A stretch of DNA of 64,000 nucleotides from Candidatus Daviesbacteria bacterium RIFCSPHIGHO2_12_FULL_37_16 (GCA_001776785.1 MFDF01000002.1:6894-70893); one strand, 5' to 3'. Counted from the stretch's first letter, positions 1-10,180 are shown. The notes: generated by a model from the letters alone, not told the origin. Made by a program: numbers and translations.

Positions 1-156
1 TACAATTGAACCTTACTTAAACAGTCTAATTATTTACATGAAAAGATTGGAATTTAAAATATTATATAGTTCCAGTTATTGGAGGGTTGATAGGTTTACA
101 CTTTTCCAATTTCCATTTAGAATTTTGGGTAGTTTAGGTGTTTATCCTTTCAGGTA

Positions 157-1014
157 TTGGGGGCCACACTTATGTTTAGTAGCAGAAAAAAAATAGAATC
201 AAATCAAATTTGTCTAATTTGTAAATCAAAAACTTATTTATTCGCAAAAATTAAAAATTACGAAATATATAAATGTTTAATCTGCGGATTCGGTTTTACA
301 ACAAATTTAAAAAAACAAACTGGTGATTACCATAGGGATGAAGAATATTTTTTGGAAGAGGATTTATTTAGAAATATTTTTTTAAAAAGAGTAAGGATTA
401 TTTCAAAGTTTGTAAAACCTCCTGCTAAAATTTTAGAGGTTGGTTGTTCAAATGGATTAATGCTTTCTTTGTTTAAAGAGAAGGGTTATGAGGTAGTTGG
501 TATAGAAATATCTACTAAAGCTTCAGAACTTGCAGAGAAAAAGGGAATAAAAGTTATCAGACAGCCATTTGAAAAAATTATCTTTGAAGAAAGGTTTGAT
601 GTAATTATTTTTAATCATACACTGGAACATCTTAGTAACCCGCTGGAAGTTTTGAGAAAAGCAAAAAAAGTACTTAAACCAAAAGGAATTTTATATATTG
701 ATTTACCTAATTTTGATAGTCTTTCTGCAAAAACTTTAAAAGGGAGATGGCCGCTTTTACTTCCTGATGAACACCTTTGGCATTTTACTGAGAAAGCATT
801 TATTAACATATTTAAGAATTTAGATTTTAAAATTATTTATGTTGAGAAGGCTTCAGGAATTTGGGATTTAGAGAATCCTTTAAAAGAACTTTTTGTTTCC
901 TTTAAAGGAATGAAGAAAAGATTTTTTAAAGAGTTTATTACAGTAAAGTCTTCGTATATAATTTCAAAAATGAAGGTTGGGACTGATTTGATGATACTTG
1001 CCAGAAAAAAATAG
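157..1014 (+). CDS. SAM-dependent methyltransferase with N-terminal Cys4 zinc-ribbon (sugar C/O-methyltransferase-like)
   Basis: Two CxxC pairs near the N-terminus (CLICKS...CLICGF) followed by a class I methyltransferase glycine-rich motif (LEVGCSNGLMLSLF) and an acidic post-motif residue. First gene of the glycosyltransferase island. Confidence 0.6.
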   Translation: MGATLMFSSRKKIESNQICLICKSKTYLFAKIKNYEIYKCLICGFGFTTNLKKQTGDYHRDEEYFLEEDLFRNIFLKRVRIISKFVKPPAKILEVGCSNGLMLSLFKEKGYEVVGIEISTKASELAEKKGIKVIRQPFEKIIFEERFDVIIFNHTLEHLSNPLEVLRKAKKVLKPKGILYIDLPNFDSLSAKTLKGRWPLLLPDEHLWHFTEKAFINIFKNLDFKIIYVEKASGIWDLENPLKELFVSFKGMKKRFFKEFITVKSSYIISKMKVGTDLMILARKK

Positions 1015-2403
1015 ATGGTTAACCTCTCTTTAATTCTTCTTTTGCTTTTGCATATTTTACTTTTGTCCCAACTTAAATTTACAGCCTGGCCTGAGATGCT
1101 ATCTTACCCCTATCTTTTTTCTAACAATTTTTTGCCATACAAAGATTTTGTAATTCCGTACACACCTTTATTGGTTGTAATTCTTTCTTTCGTTTTTAAT
1201 ATCTTTGGATTCAGTACAGAAGTTTTAAAGATTTTAACTTGGGTAATACTTTTAATAAATGATTTAATAATCTTTTTAATTTTAAAACAAATTTCTAAAA
1301 AAGATTTACTTAATTTATTCATTTTAGCAATTTATATTTTTCTTTCTTCTTTTTTGGATGGAAATATGCTTTGGGTTGATAATACAACAGTTACACCGAC
1401 ACTTTTATTCTCTTATTTTGGAATTATTTGGATTAAGGAGAAAAAACTTTCAAATTTTTTCATGACCGCATTTTTTTTAAGCTTAACTATACTTATTAAA
1501 CAAATAGCGATTGTATACCTAGGATTTTTTATCATCTTTTGCCTAAGTCTAAGAAAAATAGACTTAAAAGAAATTCTTATTTTTTTTGCAGGACTATTGA
1601 TTCCTATATTTTTATTCTTTATGTATTTGATATCAAATAATATTCCTTGGGAGTTTTATAATTGGACTTTGTATTACCCCTTAGTTTTTTGGAGGAATTT
1701 TCCAGGATATGTTGATTTTCAAATTACAAAAACAGAAATTTTTATATTGCTTTTTCTTCTTTCTTTAATTCTACTACCTTTAGTTAATTTTAAAAGATTT
1801 TTAGATAAAAAAGAGCCTTTATTCATCATTCTTACATTAATTGCTGCATTAATTGCTGTCTATCCGAGGTTTTCTTTTTTCCACCTGCAAGCAGCCTTGG
1901 CATTAGGCATTATTTTGTTTACTTTTATTTATGTAAATATTGATACTAAATACAGAAATTGGTTACTGGCCTATGTCTTATTAGTAATCCTGACTGTATT
2001 TTTTCTTCTTAGAAATCAAGTATTTAGTCAAGAGATAAGATTTTATTCGCCTGATGATAGAAAATTGAGTATAGATATAGAAAGAATATTACAGGGTGAG
2101 AAAAAAACATATTTTTTGGGATTAAATTCTTCACAATATGTATTTACAAATACTATTCCTCCAAAACCCTGGATAGAAGGTTTTTTGTGGTATATGGAAA
2201 GTCCTGGAGTGCAAGATCTCTTTATAGAAGGGTTAGAGAATGAAAAACCAAATTTCATATTTGTTAAAAAGCCTGTTAATGGTAATTGGTTTGATCTGGA
2301 GACCTATCAGCCAAAGGGGGTTATGAGTTATATATTCAACAATTACTCAGTTAGTGAAATAATAAATGGAGACATTGAAGTATGGAAAAGAAAAAAAGAA
2401 TAG
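1015..2403 (+). CDS. polytopic integral membrane protein, putative GT-C type glycosyltransferase
   Basis: 462 aa with more than 10 predicted hydrophobic helices and a C-terminal soluble region. Start abuts the previous stop. Context of GT genes. Confidence 0.4.
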   Translation: MVNLSLILLLLLHILLLSQLKFTAWPEMLSYPYLFSNNFLPYKDFVIPYTPLLVVILSFVFNIFGFSTEVLKILTWVILLINDLIIFLILKQISKKDLLNLFILAIYIFLSSFLDGNMLWVDNTTVTPTLLFSYFGIIWIKEKKLSNFFMTAFFLSLTILIKQIAIVYLGFFIIFCLSLRKIDLKEILIFFAGLLIPIFLFFMYLISNNIPWEFYNWTLYYPLVFWRNFPGYVDFQITKTEIFILLFLLSLILLPLVNFKRFLDKKEPLFIILTLIAALIAVYPRFSFFHLQAALALGIILFTFIYVNIDTKYRNWLLAYVLLVILTVFFLLRNQVFSQEIRFYSPDDRKLSIDIERILQGEKKTYFLGLNSSQYVFTNTIPPKPWIEGFLWYMESPGVQDLFIEGLENEKPNFIFVKKPVNGNWFDLETYQPKGVMSYIFNNYSVSEIINGDIEVWKRKKE

Positions 2404-3335
2404 TTTTTCTATCAAGGTATGTTGGTGTTGTTGATAGAGGTGTAGAGACCTATGTGCTTGAATTATCAAAAAGGTTAAAACATGATTTTGATGTGGAGAT
2501 ATTTAGTAACGAGACTAGTGATGACATTAGGAAAGTTATAAAGGGTAAGTTTGATGTTGTAATACCTACAAATGGGCGGGTACAGTCTTTAAAGGTTTTA
2601 TTTGGAAAGTTATTTTCAAAATACAAAGTAATTATTCCAGGTCAGGCTGGTGTTGGAAGAGATGATTTGTGGAACATACTTATTACTGTACCTGATGTAT
2701 ATGTTGCCTTAACAGATTATGAAAAAGATTGGGCTAAGAAATGGGCATGGAAAACTATAGTAGTAAAAATACCAAATGGAGTAGACCTTAGGAGATTTAA
2801 GCCTGGAGAAAAGATTGATTTTGGCCTTGAAAAACCAGTAGTGCTTAGTGTAGGTGCGCTGGATTGGTATAAGTATCATGAGTTAGCAATAAAAGCAGTT
2901 TCCAGGATGAGAAAGGGATCATTATTAATAGTGGGTAGAGGTCAGCTGAAAAAACAATTAGAAGATTTAGGAAAAAGAATGCTTGGAAATAGATTTAAAA
3001 TAGCTGAGTTTGATTTTAATGATATGTCAAAGGTTTATAAAAGTGGTGATGTGTTTACTCTACCTTCCTGGATTAGAGAAAGCTTTGGAATTGTTTATGT
3101 GGAAGCAATGGCTTGCGGTTTAGCTGTAGTAGCTCCAGATGATTTACCAAGAAGGGAGATAATAGGCAAAGCTGGCATTTTGACTGATGTTTTTGATGAA
3201 GAAAAATATGCAAAGGCCTTAGAGGATGCATTAAACAGAGATTGGGGTCAAATTCCAGTAAAGCAGGCTGAAAAATTCAGTTGGGATTTAATAGCTTTAG
3301 AATATAAAAAGCTAATTAATTCACTTTTAGAATGA
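2382..3335 (+). CDS. glycosyltransferase family 1 (GT4)
   Basis: C-terminal GT4 signature EAMACGLAVVAP with E-x7-E motif. Overlaps upstream gene. Confidence 0.7.
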   Translation: MEKKKRIVFLSRYVGVVDRGVETYVLELSKRLKHDFDVEIFSNETSDDIRKVIKGKFDVVIPTNGRVQSLKVLFGKLFSKYKVIIPGQAGVGRDDLWNILITVPDVYVALTDYEKDWAKKWAWKTIVVKIPNGVDLRRFKPGEKIDFGLEKPVVLSVGALDWYKYHELAIKAVSRMRKGSLLIVGRGQLKKQLEDLGKRMLGNRFKIAEFDFNDMSKVYKSGDVFTLPSWIRESFGIVYVEAMACGLAVVAPDDLPRREIIGKAGILTDVFDEEKYAKALEDALNRDWGQIPVKQAEKFSWDLIALEYKKLINSLLE

Positions 3336-4186
3336 AAGTTTCAGTAATAATACCTACATTTAATGAAGAGAAAGATATAGTTGAGTGTTTAGAGTCTCTA
3401 AAAAATCAAACTCTTAAAGCATTAGAAATTATAGTAATAGATGATGGATCGACTGACAATACTTTAAGAGTATTGTCAGAATTTCCAATTTCAAATTTCC
3501 AATTTCAAATTATTAAACAAAATCACAAAGGTCCGGGACAGGCAAGGAATTTGGGGGCAAAAAATGCAAAAGGTGAAATACTGGTTTTTGTGGATGCTGA
3601 TATGACATTTGATAAAAAATTTATTGAAAAATTAGTTGAGCCAATAATTAATGGTCAGTCTAAGGGGACATTTAGTAAGGAAGAATTTTTAGAAAATAAG
3701 AACAATGTTTGGAGTAAGTGCTGGAATGTCAACAAAGGTCTTCCGATAGACAGAATGCATGGTAAAGACTATCCGGATGAACAACCAGTTTTTAGGGCAA
3801 TATTAAAGGAGGAGTTTATTGATGCTGGAGGGTTTGAATCAATAGGATACATAGATGATTACACCCTATCTGAAAAGTTGGGATATAAAGCAACAGCTGC
3901 TGCTGGAGCAATCTTTTATCATAAAAACCCAGCTTCATTAAGTGAGGTATTTAAACAAGCCAGATGGGTAGGGAAATCCGAATATAAGAGAAGAAAGATT
4001 AGTAATGAAGATTTAATGAGAGTTTTATCAATGATTAGATACAGTTTACTGTTTAGTATATTTAATGGTTTTGTGAAATCTTTTAAATATAACCTTCCGC
4101 AGTTTTTAATCTTCAAAATAGTTTATGATTTTGCAGTTGAAATATCACTTATTAATTCATTTTATGGAGAACAAAAGTATAAATGA
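3332..4186 (+). CDS. glycosyltransferase family 2
   Basis: N-terminal VSVIIPTFNEE...IIVIDDGSTDNT and DAD motif (GT-A fold, DxD). Contains a 14-nt tandem duplication at 3480-3507. Confidence 0.7.
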   Translation: MKVSVIIPTFNEEKDIVECLESLKNQTLKALEIIVIDDGSTDNTLRVLSEFPISNFQFQIIKQNHKGPGQARNLGAKNAKGEILVFVDADMTFDKKFIEKLVEPIINGQSKGTFSKEEFLENKNNVWSKCWNVNKGLPIDRMHGKDYPDEQPVFRAILKEEFIDAGGFESIGYIDDYTLSEKLGYKATAAAGAIFYHKNPASLSEVFKQARWVGKSEYKRRKISNEDLMRVLSMIRYSLLFSIFNGFVKSFKYNLPQFLIFKIVYDFAVEISLINSFYGEQKYK

Positions 4187-5586
4187 TAATTCTAATTTTA
4201 CTTTTGGGATTAGTTTTAAGGCTTATTAGAATTGACCAATCATTTTGGTTAGATGAAGCGTCACAAGCTATCATGTCATCTCAGTCACTTTCTTCTATTT
4301 GGTTTGGAAGAGAAGGGGATTTTCACCCACCCCTTTCATATATTTTTTCTCATTTCTTTTTGACTGCTTCCCATAATGATATTTGGTTAAGGATGTTGCC
4401 AATTTTATTTGGTATAGGCAGCATTTATTTTTTGTATATAATTGGACAAAAATTATTTAATAAAAGAATAGCACTTGTTGGAGCAACTTTGTTAGCTATT
4501 TCTCCCTATCATATTTATTATTCCCAGGAATTTAGAATGTATTCACAAGCAGTATTTTTTGGACTGTTAACATTCAATTTTTTTATAGATTATTTAGAAA
4601 AGAATAGTTTTAGAAATGTATGTCTTTTTGCGCTGAGTGGTGGAATGTTAATCTATACACATTACTTTGGAATGTTTTTATTAATAAGCATATTTTTTTA
4701 TGAGTTATTTTTTGAAAAAGCTAAAACTTTAAATTTAGTTAAAGCATTTTTACTAATTCTTGTTTTATATATACCCTGGATTCCTCAATTCATTTTACAA
4801 TTAAAAAGTGGAGTTGTTGCTGATCAAATTCTGCCTGGTTGGAGTAACATTTTAAATATCCCATTTCTAAAAGCTATTCCTTTAACTTTTTTAAAATTTA
4901 GTATTGGTAGAATTGATTTTGAAAGTAACTTTTTGTATTACATAGTAGCTCTAGTTGTCCTGAGTTTGTTTTTTACCCCAATTATTTATGGTATTAAAAA
5001 ATATAAGGGTCATAGCGTTAAATTTTTATTAAATTGGTTATTTTTGCCAATAACTTTAGCGGTTGCTGTCTCATTTTTTATACCCTTATTCCAGCCATTT
5101 AGGCTTTTATTTGTTTTGCCAGCCTATTATTTATTGATTGCTTTTGGATTATCCCAAACGGGTAAGTATAAGAATGTTTTAATAGCAGTAATTGTAGTAG
5201 TATCACTTATAAGTTTGGGAATTTATTACACAACTCCAAGATTTTTAAGAGAGGATTGGAAGGGAGCTGTTAACTATATAAACCAGAATGTTAAAGAGGG
5301 AGAGTTAGTGGTATTTGTCTGGCCTCAGCCATTTCCTCCTTATGATTGGTATAAAGGTAATGAGAATACATTAAGATTGGTAGATAGACTTCCAGTAAAA
5401 GAAGAAGATGTAAAGTTAAAACTAAATGGGATTAAAAATACTTCCAAAATTTATTTATTTGAATATCTACAGGATTTATCAGATCCAAAACGCACTACTC
5501 AAAAAGAAATAATAAGGTTAGGCTTTAAAGAGGGAGAGAAAAATGATTTTAATGGAGTTGGTTTTATTCAAATTTATCAAAAGTGA
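4183..5586 (+). CDS. GT-C fold membrane glycosyltransferase (ArnT/PMT-like, GT39/GT83 type)
   Basis: Polytopic N-terminal region with a DE motif in the first extracytoplasmic loop (FWLDEASQ), plus a C-terminal soluble domain. Confidence 0.55.
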   Translation: MIILILLLGLVLRLIRIDQSFWLDEASQAIMSSQSLSSIWFGREGDFHPPLSYIFSHFFLTASHNDIWLRMLPILFGIGSIYFLYIIGQKLFNKRIALVGATLLAISPYHIYYSQEFRMYSQAVFFGLLTFNFFIDYLEKNSFRNVCLFALSGGMLIYTHYFGMFLLISIFFYELFFEKAKTLNLVKAFLLILVLYIPWIPQFILQLKSGVVADQILPGWSNILNIPFLKAIPLTFLKFSIGRIDFESNFLYYIVALVVLSLFFTPIIYGIKKYKGHSVKFLLNWLFLPITLAVAVSFFIPLFQPFRLLFVLPAYYLLIAFGLSQTGKYKNVLIAVIVVVSLISLGIYYTTPRFLREDWKGAVNYINQNVKEGELVVFVWPQPFPPYDWYKGNENTLRLVDRLPVKEEDVKLKLNGIKNTSKIYLFEYLQDLSDPKRTTQKEIIRLGFKEGEKNDFNGVGFIQIYQK

Positions 5587-7082
5587 AGATATTATTAATT
5601 ATATTTGCCAGCCTATTTTTAATATATTCAAGTATTCAGTATGAAAATAAAGTTTTTGCAATCCATTTTGTTGATGAGGAAGATAATTTAGTTTTAGGAA
5701 AATACCTTTTAGATAATAAAAAACTATATGGAGATTTATTTTCCCATCACCAGCCTTATGGATATATATTAAGTGCAGGAATTCAAAAAGTTACAGATCC
5801 AAACAGTATTTTTCTTTTAATTAAAAGACACAGAGAGGCAATAATTGTATGGTCATTTATTTGGTCAATTCTATTAATTTTAAGATTTGGCTGGCTGCTT
5901 TTGGTTTTTGTAACTATTTATGAGCTTAGTAAAGTGTATTTGTTTGGAAATCTATTTCTAGCGGAGTCACTAGTTGTTTATCCTCTAATATATTTGTTTT
6001 CAAGTCTTTTTAAATTAAGAAAGAGAAATAAATGGGAAATTTTATTTTTAGGAAGTCTAATAAGTTTTAGTGCTTTAACTTTAAGTCCTGTCTGGCCAGT
6101 GCTTTTATTTACATTAATTATTATTTGGTATCAAGAAAATAAGTCTATTAATTTTTTGAAATTTGTAGCAATTGGAACAATCCCAATAATTGTAATTTCA
6201 GCTTTTTTTATAAATTTTAATGATTATTTATACAACGCTTTTTACATCAACCTTTTTTATTATATTCCGCTAACACATGGTGAGAGTGCGTTGTGGGGAA
6301 TCATTAAAGGATTTAGTGCACCAGTTCTTTCATTTTTTGTAAGTTCAAATGAATCACCAACGATATATTTAATTAGGATTTTTTCATTGGGTCTAATATT
6401 GGGTTTAGGATATCTTGTTAAATTAAAGGAATATAAGTCTGCTGCATTATTAATAGTGACTTTAGGTTTACTCAATCTGCGCTATATAGATCCTGGAGCA
6501 CAGTACTATAGAGGATTTCATTTACTTCCATGGTTTGCATCTTTAATTTTAGTTGTAACTTTAATATTTGAAAAAGTTTTTAATAAGAATAAAGCAATTG
6601 GACTTATATTAATGATAGGTCTACTTGGGTCCACAATTTATTACTGTTCAAATGAATTCTTAACAGTAAGGGATATTAATAAGGATTTTTATATTAATTA
6701 CTCAAGGCAGTTTAGTATTGGTGAGGCAATAAGAATTATGAAAACAGAAAAAGATACATTATTTGTTGCTCCTGATGAATGGCTTGTTTATTGGCAGGCT
6801 GATATAAACCCTGCAAGTAAGATGATCAACTATTATGCCTGGATGGATAAGGTGCCTGTTTTAAAAAATGAAATTGATAGAACTTTTAGGGATTCACCTC
6901 CAACATTTGTTTACTTAAATCTTGTAGGAACAGGTTTTGAGCCATATTTAGATAATTATATTAACTTAGTAAGAGATGGAAAAAATGTAAATTTATATGT
7001 AGAAGATGATAGGTTTTCTAGTTTAAGTAAAGAACAGTTAAACCAGCTTAAATTTCATAATTTTGAATTAATTAAGCAATGA
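5583..7082 (+). CDS. polytopic membrane protein, GT-C-like glycosyltransferase
   Basis: DEED motif in loop 1 (IHFVDEEDNLVLGKY), multiple TM helices and a C-terminal soluble domain. Start overlaps previous stop. Confidence 0.45.
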   Translation: MKILLIIFASLFLIYSSIQYENKVFAIHFVDEEDNLVLGKYLLDNKKLYGDLFSHHQPYGYILSAGIQKVTDPNSIFLLIKRHREAIIVWSFIWSILLILRFGWLLLVFVTIYELSKVYLFGNLFLAESLVVYPLIYLFSSLFKLRKRNKWEILFLGSLISFSALTLSPVWPVLLFTLIIIWYQENKSINFLKFVAIGTIPIIVISAFFINFNDYLYNAFYINLFYYIPLTHGESALWGIIKGFSAPVLSFFVSSNESPTIYLIRIFSLGLILGLGYLVKLKEYKSAALLIVTLGLLNLRYIDPGAQYYRGFHLLPWFASLILVVTLIFEKVFNKNKAIGLILMIGLLGSTIYYCSNEFLTVRDINKDFYINYSRQFSIGEAIRIMKTEKDTLFVAPDEWLVYWQADINPASKMINYYAWMDKVPVLKNEIDRTFRDSPPTFVYLNLVGTGFEPYLDNYINLVRDGKNVNLYVEDDRFSSLSKEQLNQLKFHNFELIKQ

Positions 7083-7096
7083 GTTAATCTATTAAT

Positions 7097-8116
7097 ATGC
7101 AAAATAAATTGAAAGTTGGCTTTGATATATCACAAATTGCTCATACTGGTGGAGTGGGTGTCTATACTCAGAATTTAGCTAAAAATCTTTTAAATGATGA
7201 AGATTTAGAGATGGTTTTTTTCTATTCTTCTCTTAGAAAACCCTATAAAGGATCTTTAAAAAATGTTAAAGCCTTTAGATTACCTCCTACGATGTTTGAG
7301 GTTTTATTTAATAGAGTAAGGACAACAAAAATAGAAAAGTTTTTAGGGGATTTAGATATTTTTCACAGTTCAGATTGGGTACAACCACCAAGTAATGCAA
7401 AACAAGTAACTACTTATCATGATGTCATACCATTAAAATATCCTGGGTGGTCAACCTCTAAGATAGTTTCTGTCCATAAAAGAAGGCTTAAAATAGTTGA
7501 AAAAGAAATTGATATGGTGATAGCTGTTTCAGAGGCAACAAAAAAAGACTTACTTGAAGTAAGCCAAATTCCTGAAGAAAAAATAAAAGTTATCTATGAG
7601 GGGGTTGAAGAAAGATTTAAAATTCAAAAAAAAGAAGATATAGAAGAATTTAAAAAGAAATATAATTTACCAAATAATTTTTTAATGGCAATTGGAGGAA
7701 TTGGTGAAAGAAAGAATTTAAAAAGGATTAAAGAGGCAAGTAAAGATTACAATTTAATAGTTTTAGGTGAGGATGTTCAAGTTTCCAGAGAGGAACTGCC
7801 ACTTTTATATGCTAGTGCTGAACTTTTAGTTTATGCATCTTTGTATGAAGGGTTTGGGTTGCCGATTCTAGAAGCAATGGCTTGTGGAACTTTAGTTGTG
7901 ACTTCGAATGTTTCTTCTATGCCAGAGATTGCTGGAGAAGCTGCTGTTTTAGTAAAACCTGCAAGTGTGGAGAGTATTAGAAATGGGATTGTTAAAGCAT
8001 TAGACAAAAACGATGAATTAGTTGAGAAAGGGTTAGAAAGGGCAAAAGAATTTAGTTGGGAAAAATGCGCAAAAGAAACAGCACAGGTATATAAAGAGTT
8101 GGGGGATAAAGAATGA
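7097..8116 (+). CDS. glycosyltransferase family 1 (GT4)
   Basis: EAMACGTLVVTSNVSSMPEIAGEAAVLV motif. Paralog of the next gene. Confidence 0.7.
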   Translation: MQNKLKVGFDISQIAHTGGVGVYTQNLAKNLLNDEDLEMVFFYSSLRKPYKGSLKNVKAFRLPPTMFEVLFNRVRTTKIEKFLGDLDIFHSSDWVQPPSNAKQVTTYHDVIPLKYPGWSTSKIVSVHKRRLKIVEKEIDMVIAVSEATKKDLLEVSQIPEEKIKVIYEGVEERFKIQKKEDIEEFKKKYNLPNNFLMAIGGIGERKNLKRIKEASKDYNLIVLGEDVQVSREELPLLYASAELLVYASLYEGFGLPILEAMACGTLVVTSNVSSMPEIAGEAAVLVKPASVESIRNGIVKALDKNDELVEKGLERAKEFSWEKCAKETAQVYKELGDKE

Positions 8117-9231
8117 AAAAGATTTGGGTGGATGGGACTGAGGCTAATGTTAATCAAAGGCTTGGATCAGGGGCTGTTGCTTTTGAACTAATTAAAAATT
8201 TTGAAAAGTTAGACAAAAAAAATGACTATACAGTTTTGTTACCTGGTAAACCAATGGAAGATTTGCCTAGAGAAAGGTCAGGGTTTAGATATAAAATTAT
8301 TAGAATAAAAAAATTAAAAACTCTAGTTGGGATTCCACTCGAGCATTTCTTTTCCAAAGAAAAACCTGATGTGATTTTTAGTCCCACACACTATATACCA
8401 AGGTATATAAATACTAAAAGAGTGGCAACTATTTTTGATCTTTCTTATCTGCACTTTCCCCAGATGTTTAAAAAAAGTGATTTATATAAACTGACTAGGT
8501 GGTCTGAATATTCTATAGAAAATGCCAGCCATTTAGTAACTATATCTAATTTTTCCAAAAAAGATTTGTTAAAAAATTACAGGATTCCTAAAGATAAAAT
8601 TACGGTTGCATATCCAGGCTTTGATGAAGATTTTTATAAGCCAATTAATGATAAAGAAGCAATTGATAATATCAAAAGAAAGTATAGGAGTGGGGATAAC
8701 TACATTATATATATAGGGACCATCCAGCCCAGAAAAAATCTATTAAGGTTAATTGAAGCGTTTGTAAAAATTGACAACCTAAAATTAATTATTGTTGGGA
8801 AAACTACTGGTGAGGGTAAAGAGGGTTGGATTTATAAGGATATTTTAGAATTACCTGAAAAATTGGGAATATCTGAGAAAATTGAATTTACAGGATATGT
8901 AGAGAAGGATGAACTGGTTTATTTATTGAATGGTGCAAAAGCTTTTATACTGCCATCCCTTTGGGAGGGATTTGGGATTCCTGTGGTTGAGGCAATGGTT
9001 TGTGGTGTGCCAGTTATAGTATCAAATGTATCTTCTCTGCCTGAAATTGTTGGGGATGCCGGGCTTTTGGTAAATCCTAAATCAGTTGATCAGATTGAAC
9101 AGGCAATAAGAACCATATCCACTGATAAAAAACTTCACGAGAAGCTTTCAAAAAAAGGGATTGAGAGGGCAAAAAGGTATTCCTGGAAAAAGATGGCAAG
9201 AGAAGTGATAAGGGTATTGGAAAAGATTTAA
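8113..9231 (+). CDS. glycosyltransferase family 1 (GT4)
   Basis: EAMVCGVPVIVSNVSSLPEIVGDAGLLV motif. Start overlaps previous stop. Confidence 0.7.
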   Translation: MKKIWVDGTEANVNQRLGSGAVAFELIKNFEKLDKKNDYTVLLPGKPMEDLPRERSGFRYKIIRIKKLKTLVGIPLEHFFSKEKPDVIFSPTHYIPRYINTKRVATIFDLSYLHFPQMFKKSDLYKLTRWSEYSIENASHLVTISNFSKKDLLKNYRIPKDKITVAYPGFDEDFYKPINDKEAIDNIKRKYRSGDNYIIYIGTIQPRKNLLRLIEAFVKIDNLKLIIVGKTTGEGKEGWIYKDILELPEKLGISEKIEFTGYVEKDELVYLLNGAKAFILPSLWEGFGIPVVEAMVCGVPVIVSNVSSLPEIVGDAGLLVNPKSVDQIEQAIRTISTDKKLHEKLSKKGIERAKRYSWKKMAREVIRVLEKI

Positions 9232-9237
9232 GGTAAT

Positions 9238-9268
9238 TTGCTTTTTTACTTTCTGACTTCGCGCCCTA
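9238..9268 (+). repeat. partial copy (3' tail block) of the conserved intergenic element found at 28148-28272 and 63446-63576
   Basis: CTTTTTTACTTTCTGACTTCGCGCCCT matches the tail ACTTTTATTGATTCTGACTTCGCGTCCT of the 63446 copy, 25 nt upstream of the next start codon. Confidence 0.3.
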
Positions 9269-9287
9269 TTCAATATATAATAAACTT

Positions 9288-10166
9288 ATGAATGTATCTA
9301 TCGTTATACCAAATTGGAATGGGGAGGAAAGATTAAGAAGAAACTTACCTAAGGTTTTAGAGGTGGGTGATGTTGATGAAATAATTGTAGTTGATGACGG
9401 GTCAACTGATGGAAGTGTGCAACTTTTAGAAAGGGAATTTCCAAAAGTAAAATTAATAAAAAAGCAAAAAAATTCCGGTTTTTCTTCAACTGTAAATTTG
9501 GGGGTAAAAGAAGCAAAAGGGGAATTAATATTCCTTCTCAATTCTGATGCTGTTCCAGCAAGAGACTGCTTAAAATTTATACTTCCACATTTTAAAGATC
9601 CAAGGGTTTTTAGTGTGGGATTAAATAATGGTGGTTCATGGTCCTGGGCCAAATTTGAAGATGGATATTTTTGGCACTATCAGTCAAAAGAAAAAACACC
9701 AAAGATCCACCAGACTCTTTGGGTTTCAGGGGGGAGTGGTGTTTTTAGAAAAGATATCTGGGAAAAACTAGGAGGGTTAGATGAGCTTTTTGACCCATTT
9801 TATGAGGAGGATTTGGATTTAGGTTATAGGGCAACCAAAAGAGGGTATATTAATTTATGGGAACCAAAAGCAATAGTTGAGCATGGTAAAACAAAAGGTG
9901 TAATAGAAGAAAATTTTTCTAAATCAAGTGTTTCAGCTATTGCCCAGAGAAATCAGCTTTTGTTTATCTGGAAAAATATTACAGATGAAGATTTGTTTAT
10001 GCAGCATAAAATCAGTCTAATAAAAAAATTATTAATTAGTCCGAAGTATTGGTCAGTATTGATTTCAGCTTTAGGGAAAATGGGTAAGTTGAGATCTAAA
10101 AGACTGAGAGAGATAAAAGATGAAGCAATTTCTGATAAAGAGATCTTGAAAAAGTTTAAGGATTGA
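9288..10166 (+). CDS. glycosyltransferase family 2
   Basis: VSIVIPNWNGEE...VVDDGSTDGS and LNSDA (DxD) motif. Confidence 0.7.
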   Translation: MNVSIVIPNWNGEERLRRNLPKVLEVGDVDEIIVVDDGSTDGSVQLLEREFPKVKLIKKQKNSGFSSTVNLGVKEAKGELIFLLNSDAVPARDCLKFILPHFKDPRVFSVGLNNGGSWSWAKFEDGYFWHYQSKEKTPKIHQTLWVSGGSGVFRKDIWEKLGGLDELFDPFYEEDLDLGYRATKRGYINLWEPKAIVEHGKTKGVIEENFSKSSVSAIAQRNQLLFIWKNITDEDLFMQHKISLIKKLLISPKYWSVLISALGKMGKLRSKRLREIKDEAISDKEILKKFKD

Positions 10167-10180
10167 TTAGAATCTAATCC

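Noticed and set aside
615-809. Antisense and nested small ORFs throughout the track (e.g. 615-809 minus, 9266-9652 minus, 16920-17333 minus, 33511-34089 minus, 40405-41385 minus set, 63274-63522 minus, 63368-63589 plus)
   Set aside because: Each lies entirely within, or opposite, a well-supported CDS or the structured element. They show low-complexity or atypical composition and have no motif support, so they were treated as frame artefacts.
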